A model generated the notes under the pieces. It ran no database searches. It was not told the origin of the DNA and saw only the letters and a list, made by a program, of their open reading frames with translations. The position numbers and the translations under genes are program-made. From assembly GCA_905178155.1 (NCBI GenBank), contig CAJINV010000012.1, forward strand, positions 2,519,407 through 2,583,406: 64,000 nucleotides of DNA, given 5' to 3'. Numbering within the stretch: position 1 is the stretch's first letter; each line of letters opens with the position of its first letter. Shown one piece after another: positions 1 to 11,100 of this stretch. This DNA comes from Amoebophrya sp. A120. Taxonomy: Eukaryota; Protista; Dinoflagellata.

Positions 1-929
1 TCGAAGGACGTTTTGGAGGACGAACAAATCCAGCGTGTGTCATCGTCGTAGTTCGGGCGATATTTTTTATGAAGAGTCGTGACGAACATCTTCACCAATG
101 GTGCGGCTTGAAGTTGCACAAGACAATATTAAGCAATGTTGAGCGCATCTGCTCCTCGTCACTACACCAGAGAAGTCATGAATATCATGAGTACCACCTG
201 GAAACCAACAGACACACGAAAATTTTTACCCGAACCCGAGTCCAATCAGTTATGTCATGGGCTTCTCATGCCCTTTGTGCTTTCAGTCTTCAAATTCAAC
301 ATTTGTTACAACAGTATATGGTTTTTTCAGTAAAACAATTGGGTGTTGTGCCTGCTTGCCAATAAATCATACAAAGAATTTGGAAGTGGGGCGTGCTCGT
401 GTGTGAGGTTTATTAGGGTCTTGCTCCGATTGCGATTTCATCGAGTGTAGCACGCTACACCGGTTGACAGGCGAGCTCGTGTTGACCAATAGGCTTCAGA
501 GCTCGAAGAGAAAGAAGTTCAAAATCATATCATACAGGTGTTGGAAAAAGTCAGAGCTCAAAATAAATGTCATGCGGGCTTTGGGAAGTTTGAGAAAACT
601 ATAAAGCTTAAAATTATCTGCTGGCGTTGATGAAGAAGCATCATGCCCGGTGTTGTGCTAGTAGAAAGCAAAACGAAGTCCGGCGCCCACAAGTGAAGAG
701 GCTCCAACAGACATGAGTCAACTCGTCAAAACACCAACATCTGTCCAATAGGTACTTACTAGAGAACGTCGTGAAGATCAAGATCGTGAAGTTCATCCAT
801 GACAGGTGGAAAAATAACCAAAAACAAAAAATCATACATGTTGACATACAGAAGAGAATAAAGGTCATCTTTCCAAACGATGACATCTTCGAGGCAGGAG
901 GAGCACAACTCCTCACTCTATCTTCCATT

Positions 930-2207
930 TCAGACCATTTTCCACTCCTGCATGGAAATGGCCATATCCACAATAGCTTTCTTTTTGTCCCGGAAGTCTT
1001 TTTGTTCCATTTTCAACACCTTCGCCACGTTCCCCATGTCCACCTCGACCTCGTCAAAGCCCTGCAAATGCAGCATGTCCGCCACAGCCTCAATCTTCAA
1101 GTAGTCGCGCAGAAACCGGAGTAATCCCGCCGGAATCCGGAACCACGGGCGGGTGGTGGGGAAGATAGAAGTTGAAGTAGATGATGCTTGTTTATCATTA
1201 TTTCCACTACGACCTCCGCTACGTCCTCCGTTGCTCAACACCGCATTGGCCAACTGAATAAACTCGACCGCGTTGACGCCGCCGTTGCACGCTAAAAACC
1301 GGTGCCCAGCCGCCTCTTCGCTGTTCTCAATAGCGGCCACGTGCATGCGCGCGACATCCCGCACGTCGACAATCTGCACTCCGATGGGGGGCGCGAGCGG
1401 TGCTTTCGAGAACTGCTCTAACAGCGCCGTCGACTCGCAGGCCTTCGGCAACAGCAGTGGCCCGAACACGCCGGCCGGGCAAATGGTCGAGATTTTCAGG
1501 TTGTTTTTACTTTTCTTTTTGTAGTAGTCCCACGCAATTTTCTCGGCTTTCGTTTTCCCCAGCGGGTACGCGAAACGCTTTTTGCTGATGGATTCCAGTT
1601 CTGCTTCCTTGGTCCAGTGCTTGCTCGCGTTTATGGCAACCCCGGCGTTTACAAAATCCCGCTGAATGTCGTGGCCGGCAATCACGGCGGCCACGGAGCT
1701 GGTCACGACGCAATGCTCGACGTTTTCACAACAACACGCCTCCAAAACCTTTCGAGTGCCCTCAACCGCGGGTAGAATTAACTCCTTCTCCGGATCCACG
1801 GCTTTCTCCTGCGCAAAGTACGGCGACGCCACGTGCAACACATATTGGCACCCCTTCACAGCCTCCCGCCAATCCTCGAGGCTCGAAGCGACCAAGTCCA
1901 GGCCGCCGATGAGCTCTAGGCTTCCATCCGGCGCGACCTCATTCACCAGACGGTCACAGTCTTTGTTCCATTGTTCTGCCCGGATAGTGCCGACAATCTG
2001 GTACTTTTTCGTCAAATATAACTGCTGGGCGCAATGGGCTCCGATAAAACCCGTCACACCGGTGATTAGAACGCGGGGCTTGGTGGTGGTGGTAGGATCA
2101 ACATCTTCGGCGGCATTGGTCATCGGGTTCTTGATGTCCCCTTGCATGTCCATTTCCGCAGCTGCGGGGGCAGCCGGATTGATCAACTTTTTCACAGTGG
2201 GTGCCAT
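930..2207 (-). CDS. NAD-dependent epimerase/dehydratase (extended SDR, dihydroflavonol/aldehyde reductase-like), intronless
   Basis: VLITGVTGFIG Rossmann motif, VLHVASP, VVTSS, YPLGKTKAE (YxxxK), VDVRDVA. Likely ATG at 2207 (MAPTVKK); the ORF extension to 2567 is AT-rich and probably non-coding. Confidence 0.9.
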   Translation of the reverse strand: MAPTVKKLINPAAPAAAEMDMQGDIKNPMTNAAEDVDPTTTTKPRVLITGVTGFIGAHCAQQLYLTKKYQIVGTIRAEQWNKDCDRLVNEVAPDGSLELIGGLDLVASSLEDWREAVKGCQYVLHVASPYFAQEKAVDPEKELILPAVEGTRKVLEACCCENVEHCVVTSSVAAVIAGHDIQRDFVNAGVAINASKHWTKEAELESISKKRFAYPLGKTKAEKIAWDYYKKKSKNNLKISTICPAGVFGPLLLPKACESTALLEQFSKAPLAPPIGVQIVDVRDVARMHVAAIENSEEAAGHRFLACNGGVNAVEFIQLANAVLSNGGRSGGRSGNNDKQASSTSTSIFPTTRPWFRIPAGLLRFLRDYLKIEAVADMLHLQGFDEVEVDMGNVAKVLKMEQKDFRDKKKAIVDMAISMQEWKMV

Positions 2208-3224
2208 TTTTTTAGAAATTCGTTGTGTAGGAGGACAATAAAGCTCGGTTGAAAGGAGGGAGAAAGTGTAGTGTTTGAAGAAGCCGATAATTTTTTGCCC
2301 GCGAGCAAAAAAAATCGAAATTGAGAATCCAGATAAAGTTTCCTGATTCATAATTATTTGTTTTTGTAGTTTAACATTTTCATTTCGAAGATTCGAACCA
2401 TAGTTAGAAAGTTTTCGCGATGAAGTCGCACCGTTTGAAAAATTATGAGGGGATCGCCGTGGGAACGTCGGAAGAGCTGGGCTGATACAGATTGATCCGC
2501 AGTCTGGTGCCATTTTTGCAATTGCAGGCGTCGTTCTACTCATTTCTGAACAGCAACAGAACGACACCGCGGAAGTGTGATTTTGTCATAAGTCAGCTTC
2601 ATCTTGAAGAAGATCCTTGGGAGTCCTAATGGCTCCTATATCATTTTCCCCAGCAGAGATAACGATATACCATTACCATTTTGATTTTTACTACAACAGT
2701 TCTTATCAGTGCGAAGGGAAGAGCACTTAGCTCGCGCTAAGGTCGATGCAGATAAAGACGACGACCTGTGGCTGCTTCACTACAAAATAAAAATGAAAAA
2801 CTAATAGGCATAGGCTTGGTTTGATGCAGTGTGAGCATGAGGACCCTAAAAAGGCACCACCAACAAAAGGAGATAAAATCGATGTCTTGTTCAATAAAGT
2901 AAGTAAACTACAACATTAGGATGGAGTAAATTTTACGGGTAGAGAAGATAAACTAAACTGCGTAAATGTTCTTGTGAAATCTAAATCTCGTTCAGTCACC
3001 ACATAGATTGAGCCAGACGGAGAAAAACGAAAATTAGGAGTGCATGAAAAGTTGAAGACTTCTTTGAAACGACGACGACCCAGCAAAGTACGAAGAAATT
3101 TGGCACGACAGTTTATTTTCAAAAGGTTTATCATTTTGAAAACTACATTTGGATAAACTCAAACTTAAGCGCACGACCTCGACGTGGCTTTCTTCTGCTA
3201 CAACCTGCACATCCAACTGTACCC

Positions 3225-6200
3225 TCACTGCTCGCTCGCAGCAGTAGACTTGCGCTGTTGCATTTCCAGGCGGTAGGGCGACACCGAGACCCGGGAGAAG
3301 TAGCGACGGAAGTCGCCCAGCCGCATCCAGAACGCGCCATCGTCCGCCGCAACGAGCTTGACCTGGTTCGACGCTTCCTCGTTCCAGCAGCAGGAGGTGT
3401 CGGAAAAGGCGCCTTTCCACTCCCCAGTTCCCCACGGGTTGCGCAGCTTCACGATGCGGACTTCGCCGGACAGGGTCCCGGACCCGAGCCCGCAGCAACA
3501 CCCGACCGGCACGGTCGCCACGTCGAGAATGCTGTAGGCGTGGGTGGCGACGAGGCCGGTCATCTTCAGGTTCCACAGCATCGTGCAGATGGAGTAGCAG
3601 TCCCAGACGGGACAACAGACCAACGTGAAGAAGCAGTTCGCGGTCTCCTTCGCCACCGTGTACAGGCTGAAGAGGCAGTCAAAGCAGATGGGGACGCTCT
3701 TGCGACACACCGCGGCGCAGGGGTTCACGCACACAGACACTACCATGTTGTACACAATGGCCGGAAAGACAATGTTGGACAGAAACGGCAAGGATTCGAC
3801 GCTGGCGCACGCCATCCCGTTGTCGTTGTCCACAATGGTTCATCAAATGCAAAAATGTCTGGGTCTGGAAGGTTGGAACTTGTCATGCTGGATTTGGATT
3901 CCACAATAAATCTGTATTGCATGAACAGCTAAAGAGGTCCAGTTTTTGCCACGGCGAGAGGGCATTTCTCATGCAGTACAGGCATCAGGAAGCCCTCGCA
4001 ATAAAATCTGTGATGCTAGAGCATGCATCACAGACATCAGGAGTCATGCAAAATGTGCATGACAAACCTTGCACTCTTCCAGACCCAGACATTTTCGCAT
4101 TTGATATGGTTTCCTTCAGAATTTCGTACAAGTCGTCGTCGGTGAAGGTCCGGTATCGTGTGCAAAAGTATCGCATTGGTATAAATGTGAGTCTTGCATT
4201 ACAGATGTTTCTCTCAAGGTAAATCCACACTACGAATTTTATTTCTCATGCTGAGGAAATTTGTAATGCATTTATACGAGTACGATACTCTTGCAGTTCA
4301 TATCCGGGTGAGGCCGGAGGTGCTGACCAACCCCGTCTGCAACCCGGTGAGCGCATGCAGGACCTCGTACGGCTGGCCGCCCGAACCGAATTTGTCCCAG
4401 TCCCCGCCGAACTTCGCCTTGCAGTACGCCTTTTCCAGCAAAAGCGGCCACAGCTTCGAGGAGCCTTTGGAATTCGCAAACATTGGCTTGTTATGCGTTG
4501 CAAAAGTGTATCCTACTCGTATAAATGCATTACAATTATTTTCTCAGCATGACAAATAAAATTTCTAATGCGGATTTACCTTAAGAAGAAGATTTTTAAT
4601 GCGTGACTGCAATTACTACGAGTACAATACTTTTGCAGTTCATACTTGTTGGTTTCGTTGTTCACGTAAAATTGATCGTCCACCGTGTAGGTCTGCCACG
4701 TTCCGTCCTATGCATTGCAAATATGTCTGGGTCTGGAAGGATCCAAACTTGTTATCTTATGCTGTCTTTGGATTCTAAAAAAAATGTGTATTGCATGACC
4801 ACCAAGAGGAGCCCAGTTTGTGCAAGGCGGACGAGAGGGCATTTGTCATGCGGATTAGGAATCGGAAGCCTTCCAAAAATCTGTGATGCAGCTAAGTCGT
4901 GCACTACAGGCATCATGGGTCATGCAAAATATGCATGCCCGGTAATCTTCTAACTAGACCCAGACATTTTTGCAGTTGATACGTCGACGAACAGAACCAC
5001 GTTGTACTGTCCCGACGGGGTCATTTTCGAGTTGGCAAACAAGCTGGTGATATGGATTGCAAATATGTCTGGGTCCGGGAACTTGTAATGCTGGCTTTCC
5101 ATACCTAGAAAATCTGTATTGCAGAACCAACAAAAGTCGTAGCCTCTTTTGATGTGCATGCAAAAACGTAGTTTCTCATGTTGGTTTCCTACGAGAAAGC
5201 CTTCTGGAAAGTTGTCATGCCTGTCTGCATTCGGAACTCTTTCCATCATCCACATTTTAGCATCACAAGTTTCCAGACCCAGATATTTTTGCATTTGATA
5301 GGTGACCCGGTCCGGCTCTTCGGCCAGCGCGGACAGGGCGGCCATGAAATAGCAGTTGGCGATTTCGCCCTGTCCCAGGTCCAGCGGGGTCGGGCCTTGC
5401 TTGTTCTTCCACTTCTGGCCCCGTTGGTTGTTTTCCTCCATCTTTTGCTGCTCCACCGCCTGCAGGGCCACATCGTCCGGGGAGGCAGGAGCTTCTTCTT
5501 CTTGTTTTTCACTTTCCACCTTCGCCTGCGCAATGGATTCCCGGGACATGCCGCCGAACAGGGTCACACACTTCTTTCCCGTCATTCAGCGCCGGCATGA
5601 AGTCGCGCGCGCGGCGCCACTGGCCCCCGTGGGGGAGGTTTTTGTACACGCTGAGGTCCTCGGAAAAGGAGTCCAGCTGGTTTATCATTTGCAAAAACGT
5701 CCCCACACCAGAGTCAAGATGGGCAATCTGCTAGACAAACCAGCCAGCTTTGGTCGTTTGGCATGACAAATTTGTCCTCGTACTGTAGTCCTGTTTAGGT
5801 AGTTCAGCAGCATCACAGATCTAGTGCAACATGCTGACTATAGCATCACAAATTCCAAAACACGACTAGAACATGCGTCTCATGGCGCTCCACATAACAA
5901 AATTTTTTGGCATGCGAATTTGCATCACAACTATGGGATGGGGACGCTTTTACATATGATATGGTTCAGCGCGTCCGCACCCACGGCGTCCAGCTGCTGC
6001 CGCGCGGCCGCGCGCTGCCCTTCCTTCTCGGCATTCACCACGTCCGCAGTCTTGTCCTGGGCACACATGAACTTCTTCGCTTCCATATCAAGTGCAAAAG
6101 TGTCTGGGTCTGGAAGAATGCATGTTTGTCATGCTTGTCTGGCATGACTCTTAAATCTGTCATGCACGTTACCCAAGAGCTCCAATTTTCTGTGATGCAG

Positions 6201-6508
6201 GAACGCAGTTCGTCATGCAGAATAGGCAACACCTAGAAGCTCAGAAACTTGTCATGCTGAGCCAGCATTTGTGGCCTCATCATGAGACGCCACCCAGCAT
6301 CACAAGTTTCCAGACCCAGACATTATTTCACTAGATATTCCATGTCCGCGTCGTTCCGCTGGTGGTACTGCCGTCTTTTACAGCACGTCAAGGCCGCACA
6401 AAAAAAGGAGCAAATTACGTTGACCGTGACCGCAAGCATGTTCAGGAAAGCGGCAAAGCAATTGATGGTGCGCATCTGCACCGTCGCAACGCCGCCGCCG
6501 AAAGGCAT
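3225..6508 (-). CDS. Calpain-family cysteine protease (CysPc domain), 8 exons split by 7 introners
   Basis: After removing elements: QGEIANCYFMAALS (Cys), VDGTWQTYTVDDQF, LWPLLLEKAY, HAYSIL (His), LRNPWG (Asn), DDGAFWM. One apparent 1-nt frameshift near 5580. Confidence 0.9.
3841..4106. mobile_element. Introner, family A (TIR core TGCAAAAATGTCTGGGTCTGGAA)
   Basis: CATCAAATGC...GCATTTGATA; direct repeat TGGTT on both sides; removal gives ETI-VDN in frame. Confidence 0.92.
4154..4302. mobile_element. Introner, family B (TIR core GCAAAAGTATCGTACTCGTA)
   Basis: TAT...ATA ends, direct repeat TCCGG, frame restored (TRTFTDDD). Confidence 0.9.
4492..4644. mobile_element. Introner, family B (opposite orientation to 4154-4302)
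   Basis: Direct repeat CTTGT, frame restored (NKPMFA). Confidence 0.9.
4709..4981. mobile_element. Introner, family A
   Basis: Direct repeat CGTCC/CGTCG, frame restored (VDGTW). Confidence 0.9.
5051..5300. mobile_element. Introner, family A
   Basis: Direct repeat GGTGA, frame restored (RVTSLF). Confidence 0.9.
5683..5961. mobile_element. Introner, family G (TIR core AAAAACGTCCCCACACCA)
   Basis: Direct repeat TGGTT, frame restored (LNQLD). Confidence 0.88.
6086..6337. mobile_element. Introner, family A subfamily A1
   Basis: Direct repeat TTCCA; highly similar to 48720-48971 and to the reverse complements of 43733-43987 and 53962-54213. Confidence 0.9.
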
Positions 6509-8198
6509 TTTTTTTATTCTTGGTGTACTACAGGATGATAATTTCTAGTAGTTAGAATACTTCTAGGGAGGGTCGAGGTCGACCAGGAATTTTATGGGTG
6601 TCCTCTTTGTCATGTGGTTTGGGTTTGGAAGGTAATACTAGCGTCAGCCCATAAGTAATTTCCTGCAATCTTTAATGGTTTGCGTTTTGAAAATGATATC
6701 GTGGCGCTTTTCCTTTCGTAGAACTGCACGATAGATGAAAAGGTCATCAAACGCTTGGTCTTACGACGCGCTCGACTTGCATTCTCCCAATACGAAGATG
6801 CTGGTGATGCAAGACCACAACGATGAAGAACGAGAACCCCAATGAATAAGAACCGACAAGGACTTGGTGTGTAGTACGATAGTGAATACGTCGCTGGTGG
6901 TGCACGACCAAATGAAAGAAGGACGAACCGACCACTGATATCTTTTGCACGACCGATGAGCCAAACGAAACTAACGAACTATCCTAAATTCAATACAGAT
7001 AAATTCATCGTATTCATCCGCTGATATACAAGCAACAGAGTAGTTAACTCGACCACCGAGCTGGCGCTGGCACGTGGTCTAGTTAATCTTTCTGTTCCTT
7101 CGAACAAGGCTCTAAAGGAAATTCTTTTTCGTTTCCCCTCTACTGCGTACTTTGCAAGAGTGATAAGTAAAAATGGATCGTATGATTATGATCCCCGCCG
7201 ACGAGCACGACCGCGAAGAGGAAGATGGCAATGTATGTATAATTGCAATGCCAAATCAAAACTACTGACATAGGCCGACTTTTCAAGAACACAAAGCCCT
7301 AACTTTTGTGAATATTCGACGCAGCGAAGAACAAAGGTCGTGGCTCGCTTTGGAAGATTTCACTTGCAGTAAATGGAGGTGATAAAAAGCTGCAGTTCTT
7401 GCGCTATTTTTCCACAGCCAATCATGGGTGTTACGAATCGGAGTTCCACAATTTTTACACACGATTGCAAGATGAGTTCTTGCTTCTACTGTCGTCAGAC
7501 GGTGGTCTTCGTCCAAGTTCTCCTTTGTGTTGCATCAGTCGTAGTCGCCGACCAGAGCCATCTTCAGTTGCATCTGATTATTGCGGGTTCATCTTGAAAG
7601 TCCACCGCCTTATTCAAAAGCAGACCGCATTCTATTGCAGCTAGCTTCTCTTGGAGCTTTGTACTTTTTGCATCTTTAATATTTTCGGAAACGATACAAT
7701 ACTGAGGCATCAGCCTATCTAGTACGACGTCAGAAACGCAATCATAAGCAAGATAGAAACCAGCGCACGTCGCTGAAAATTACTGAGTGTTAACGTAAGT
7801 AGTTGCAAGACGTAATTTGGTCGTAACACGGATCGACGACCGAAGAGAATGAATGAATTATTGCTGCACGAAGATGAAATGATCGAGACGCTTTTTCTTG
7901 TCTTGCTTCAGTTTCTTTCGTGAATCTGTCTGACAAAAAACGTTGCAGGATCACCCACGACTAAAACGACATCGACACGTTCGCATCCATTTCCATTGTT
8001 GAGCCTCAAGCATCTTCATCTGTGGTGACGAAAAAGAAGGAATTAGAAAAGAAAAGTTCGTGTTCGGTTTAATGTTAGATATTTGTGAATTTGAATACCA
8101 ATACTTTTGTTCTGCAAATTGGTCACGAATATTGAATATTCTGGTGCCCCTCGCTCCCCCCTGTAGAAGCCCCTGCAGTGCTTTCTTAGTACGACCCA

Positions 8199-11100
8199 CT
8201 ACTCCACCTCCACCCCGAAGGTTTTCAGCGCTTTGCAGACGTATTCACACGCCTCACTGCTTTCCAACTTCAACACCAGAGTCCCCTTCGCTTTCCCGAA
8301 CGAGAAACAGACCACCAAATTCTCCTCCTCCGGCAGCTTCACGTGCTTTTCCAAATTCGGGAGATCGATTTGCTTCTTCGAATTTTCGCTTTTCACCAAC
8401 CCCTTAGTCACCTTCTGCAAGTCGGAAAGAGAAAACTCGATAGGCGGGGATATGGATTTTTGCGATTCTTGTGGTTCACCCGTAGAGGCAGAGCTCGTCG
8501 TCGTCGTATTTCGCATCTCTAGTTTGAATTCCGTTTTGGAAGATGTTGTTGTGGTTGTATTTTTCGAGTTCGATTTCTTCTTCGATTTACTCTTGCTGTT
8601 CACAGCGTTTTTACTTGTAGTTGCAACGACGCGGATGTTGGTTGACTCCAATTCCCCGGCACTGTTGAAGACCTTCGTGCCGACTCCGATGGTGGACAGA
8701 AGTTGCTCCCGCATTTTTTCAACCGTGATTTTTTTTTGGGACGAGGTTGTAGTCGTCGTACTCGTAGTCCCGGCACCTTTTTCAACAGCACTTTCCACAC
8801 TGATCATCTTCACGTGTTCGCTGATATTCCCAAAAGACGGCGGCAACAGGGACGAGCTACCGATGCTACTCGCAGGCGTGCTGACCCTCGGGGTGATGCC
8901 GTTTTGTACGAAACCCGAGCTATCCGGAGGGGCAGATCCGCGGACGACCTTGATGTGGAGAGGCGAGTCATGCATTGCCAGAAGCAAACACACAAAAAGT
9001 GATGATAGAAGATGAAGAAATCTTCACTTTTGCATATTTTTCATAGTTTATAGGTTTTTGCAGCATTTACTAGAAACGAATGACTAGCACGCAAGAGTTC
9101 ATCTTCATCAATACCTCTGTCCACCGCTGACGCAGTGCCCGGACCAGTACCTCCACTTTCGGATTCTTCTGGTAAGTTTTGTACTTTTGCGTGAAAACCC
9201 CGATTTTCGTCTCCCGCAATACCGCGACCGTCATGTTTTGAATCTGCGAAATTTCTTCAAAACAGCTGTAAACCGACGCGTTGCCGAAGGGGGAAAAAGC
9301 TTCACCCCCGTCTCCGCTCTCTGTAGACGTGATCATCTCACTCGCCGTCTCTTCCAGTAGCAAAATTTTTCCCATCAACTGCCGGATCTTTTCAATCACC
9401 TGCTGCTCCTCCGCCGAGGGGGTAGATGAACTACTGGTGCTAGTCGTGGTGCCACTACTCCCTCCAGCAGGGTGGACAGGAGTTTGCGCTTGGCTCCCCG
9501 CTGGAACGAGAAACTTCATCGGAGAACGGGTCGCTTGTACCGGAGGCGCTGGAGGGGGAAGATTTTCCTTGTTTGGGGACAGGAGAACCTCGGATTTGTT
9601 GCTGCCGGTGTTCATTTCGTCAACGCCGGTTGCAGAAGTCGCAGCTACTCCCGAAACAATTTTTGCGGCTGCAAAAGTACTAGATGCAGAAGATGCGTCA
9701 CCACTGCTTGCGTCCTCGGCACTACCTGCTGCTGATCCGCTCTGGTGCTGAAACAGGACCTGTTCGACCTGCTGTGCCAATCTGGAAGTTTTAACTTCCT
9801 GGGTTTTCTCGTAGTCGAGATTCACTTTCGGAGAGATCACCGGACTCTTTATTTTCTGCAGCCTGCTTTGCGGACTTACCGCTTGAACACCATTAAACGA
9901 CAATTTTGGACTGCTGTTGCTCGAGGTGGTATTCGCTGTTACGTTCGGAACCAGAGTAGAACTCGCCTGCTGCGGATGCTGCTGCGTTCCTACAACCACG
10001 CTGGTTTGCTGAATGCTTGGCCGGGTGGTTTGCTTCTTCACGAATTTCGTCGGGCTCGGAGTGTGCAGCGGTACCAAGTTGTGCAGTGTGTTTGGGGAAC
10101 TACGTTTTTTATTCGTGGTTGGACGATTGGGTCCGACGAGGACGTCCTGTGCGGCTGTTATTTTTTGTTCTTGTTGACCCCCGGGGATGATTTGCGCCGG
10201 CGGTGCTGGCGGAACTGTATTTGTCGCAGTGCTCGCCCCACTGGACACTCCTGTATGGAACTGTCAGGATTGAAATGGTCAAAGTTGAAATAACTTGCAA
10301 TGCATAAAATCGATACCAATTGAAAGCCCAATTTTTAAGCAGTGCATGACAAATTATCCGACCATCGGAAATCAATTTGTCATGCTGTTTGGGCACAGGC
10401 GACTGCTTTTGTCATGCTACTTTAGCAGCTCTATTTCAAACCCTAAACAGGCTCACAATCGGCCTCACTTGCCAACCCGGCAAGACAGGCACTTCATGCC
10501 TTGCATTTTATGCATCACAAACTATCTCAACTTTGACGATTTCAATCCTGACGCTTCCATATCCTGCAGCATGGTAGTAATTGAATTTCATCAAATTGTT
10601 GCTCGGGAGGTTCATTTCCTCGATAGAATTACTGGATTCTTTAGTCTGCTCCGTAACTGCACCAGGAGCTCCGTCAGCGCTAGAAGTGCCAGCACCGCCA
10701 TGCAAAATGAATGGCGATGATCCACCACCCCGTGTTAATGGAGACCCCGCCCGATTTTGATTCAGCTTGCTTCCCTGAATCAAGTAGCTCGGGGTCGGTG
10801 TTGGACTTGGGCTGCTGAATTCGGAATTCGAAGCCGAGGGGGAAGACCGTTGCGTGCGCGTCAGAAACGCCGGTGGGCTACTCAGCAAGTGCCCGGGTAA
10901 GAAACCCGGGGAGGAGGAAGCAGTAGCCTGGTGATTTATGGCGATGTTGTTGTAGTTGCTGGCGGCAGCTGCAGCACCAGCAGCTGAGTGGGGGCCACTG
11001 TAGTTGCTGTTGTGGTACAGCAACCCAGGTGGAACAGATTGTTGGTGCAGCTCCTGATGTTCTTGATAGTTCATGTTGATGCCATCGCTTGCGCCTCTAC

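Noticed and set aside
2208-2567. N-terminal extension of the epimerase ORF
   Set aside because: Non-ATG start and AT-rich, UTR-like composition; the ATG at 2207 fits better.
8233-9751. Long plus-strand ORFs (also 1666-2241, 46330-46839, 59506-60201)
   Set aside because: Antisense shadows of minus-strand coding exons.
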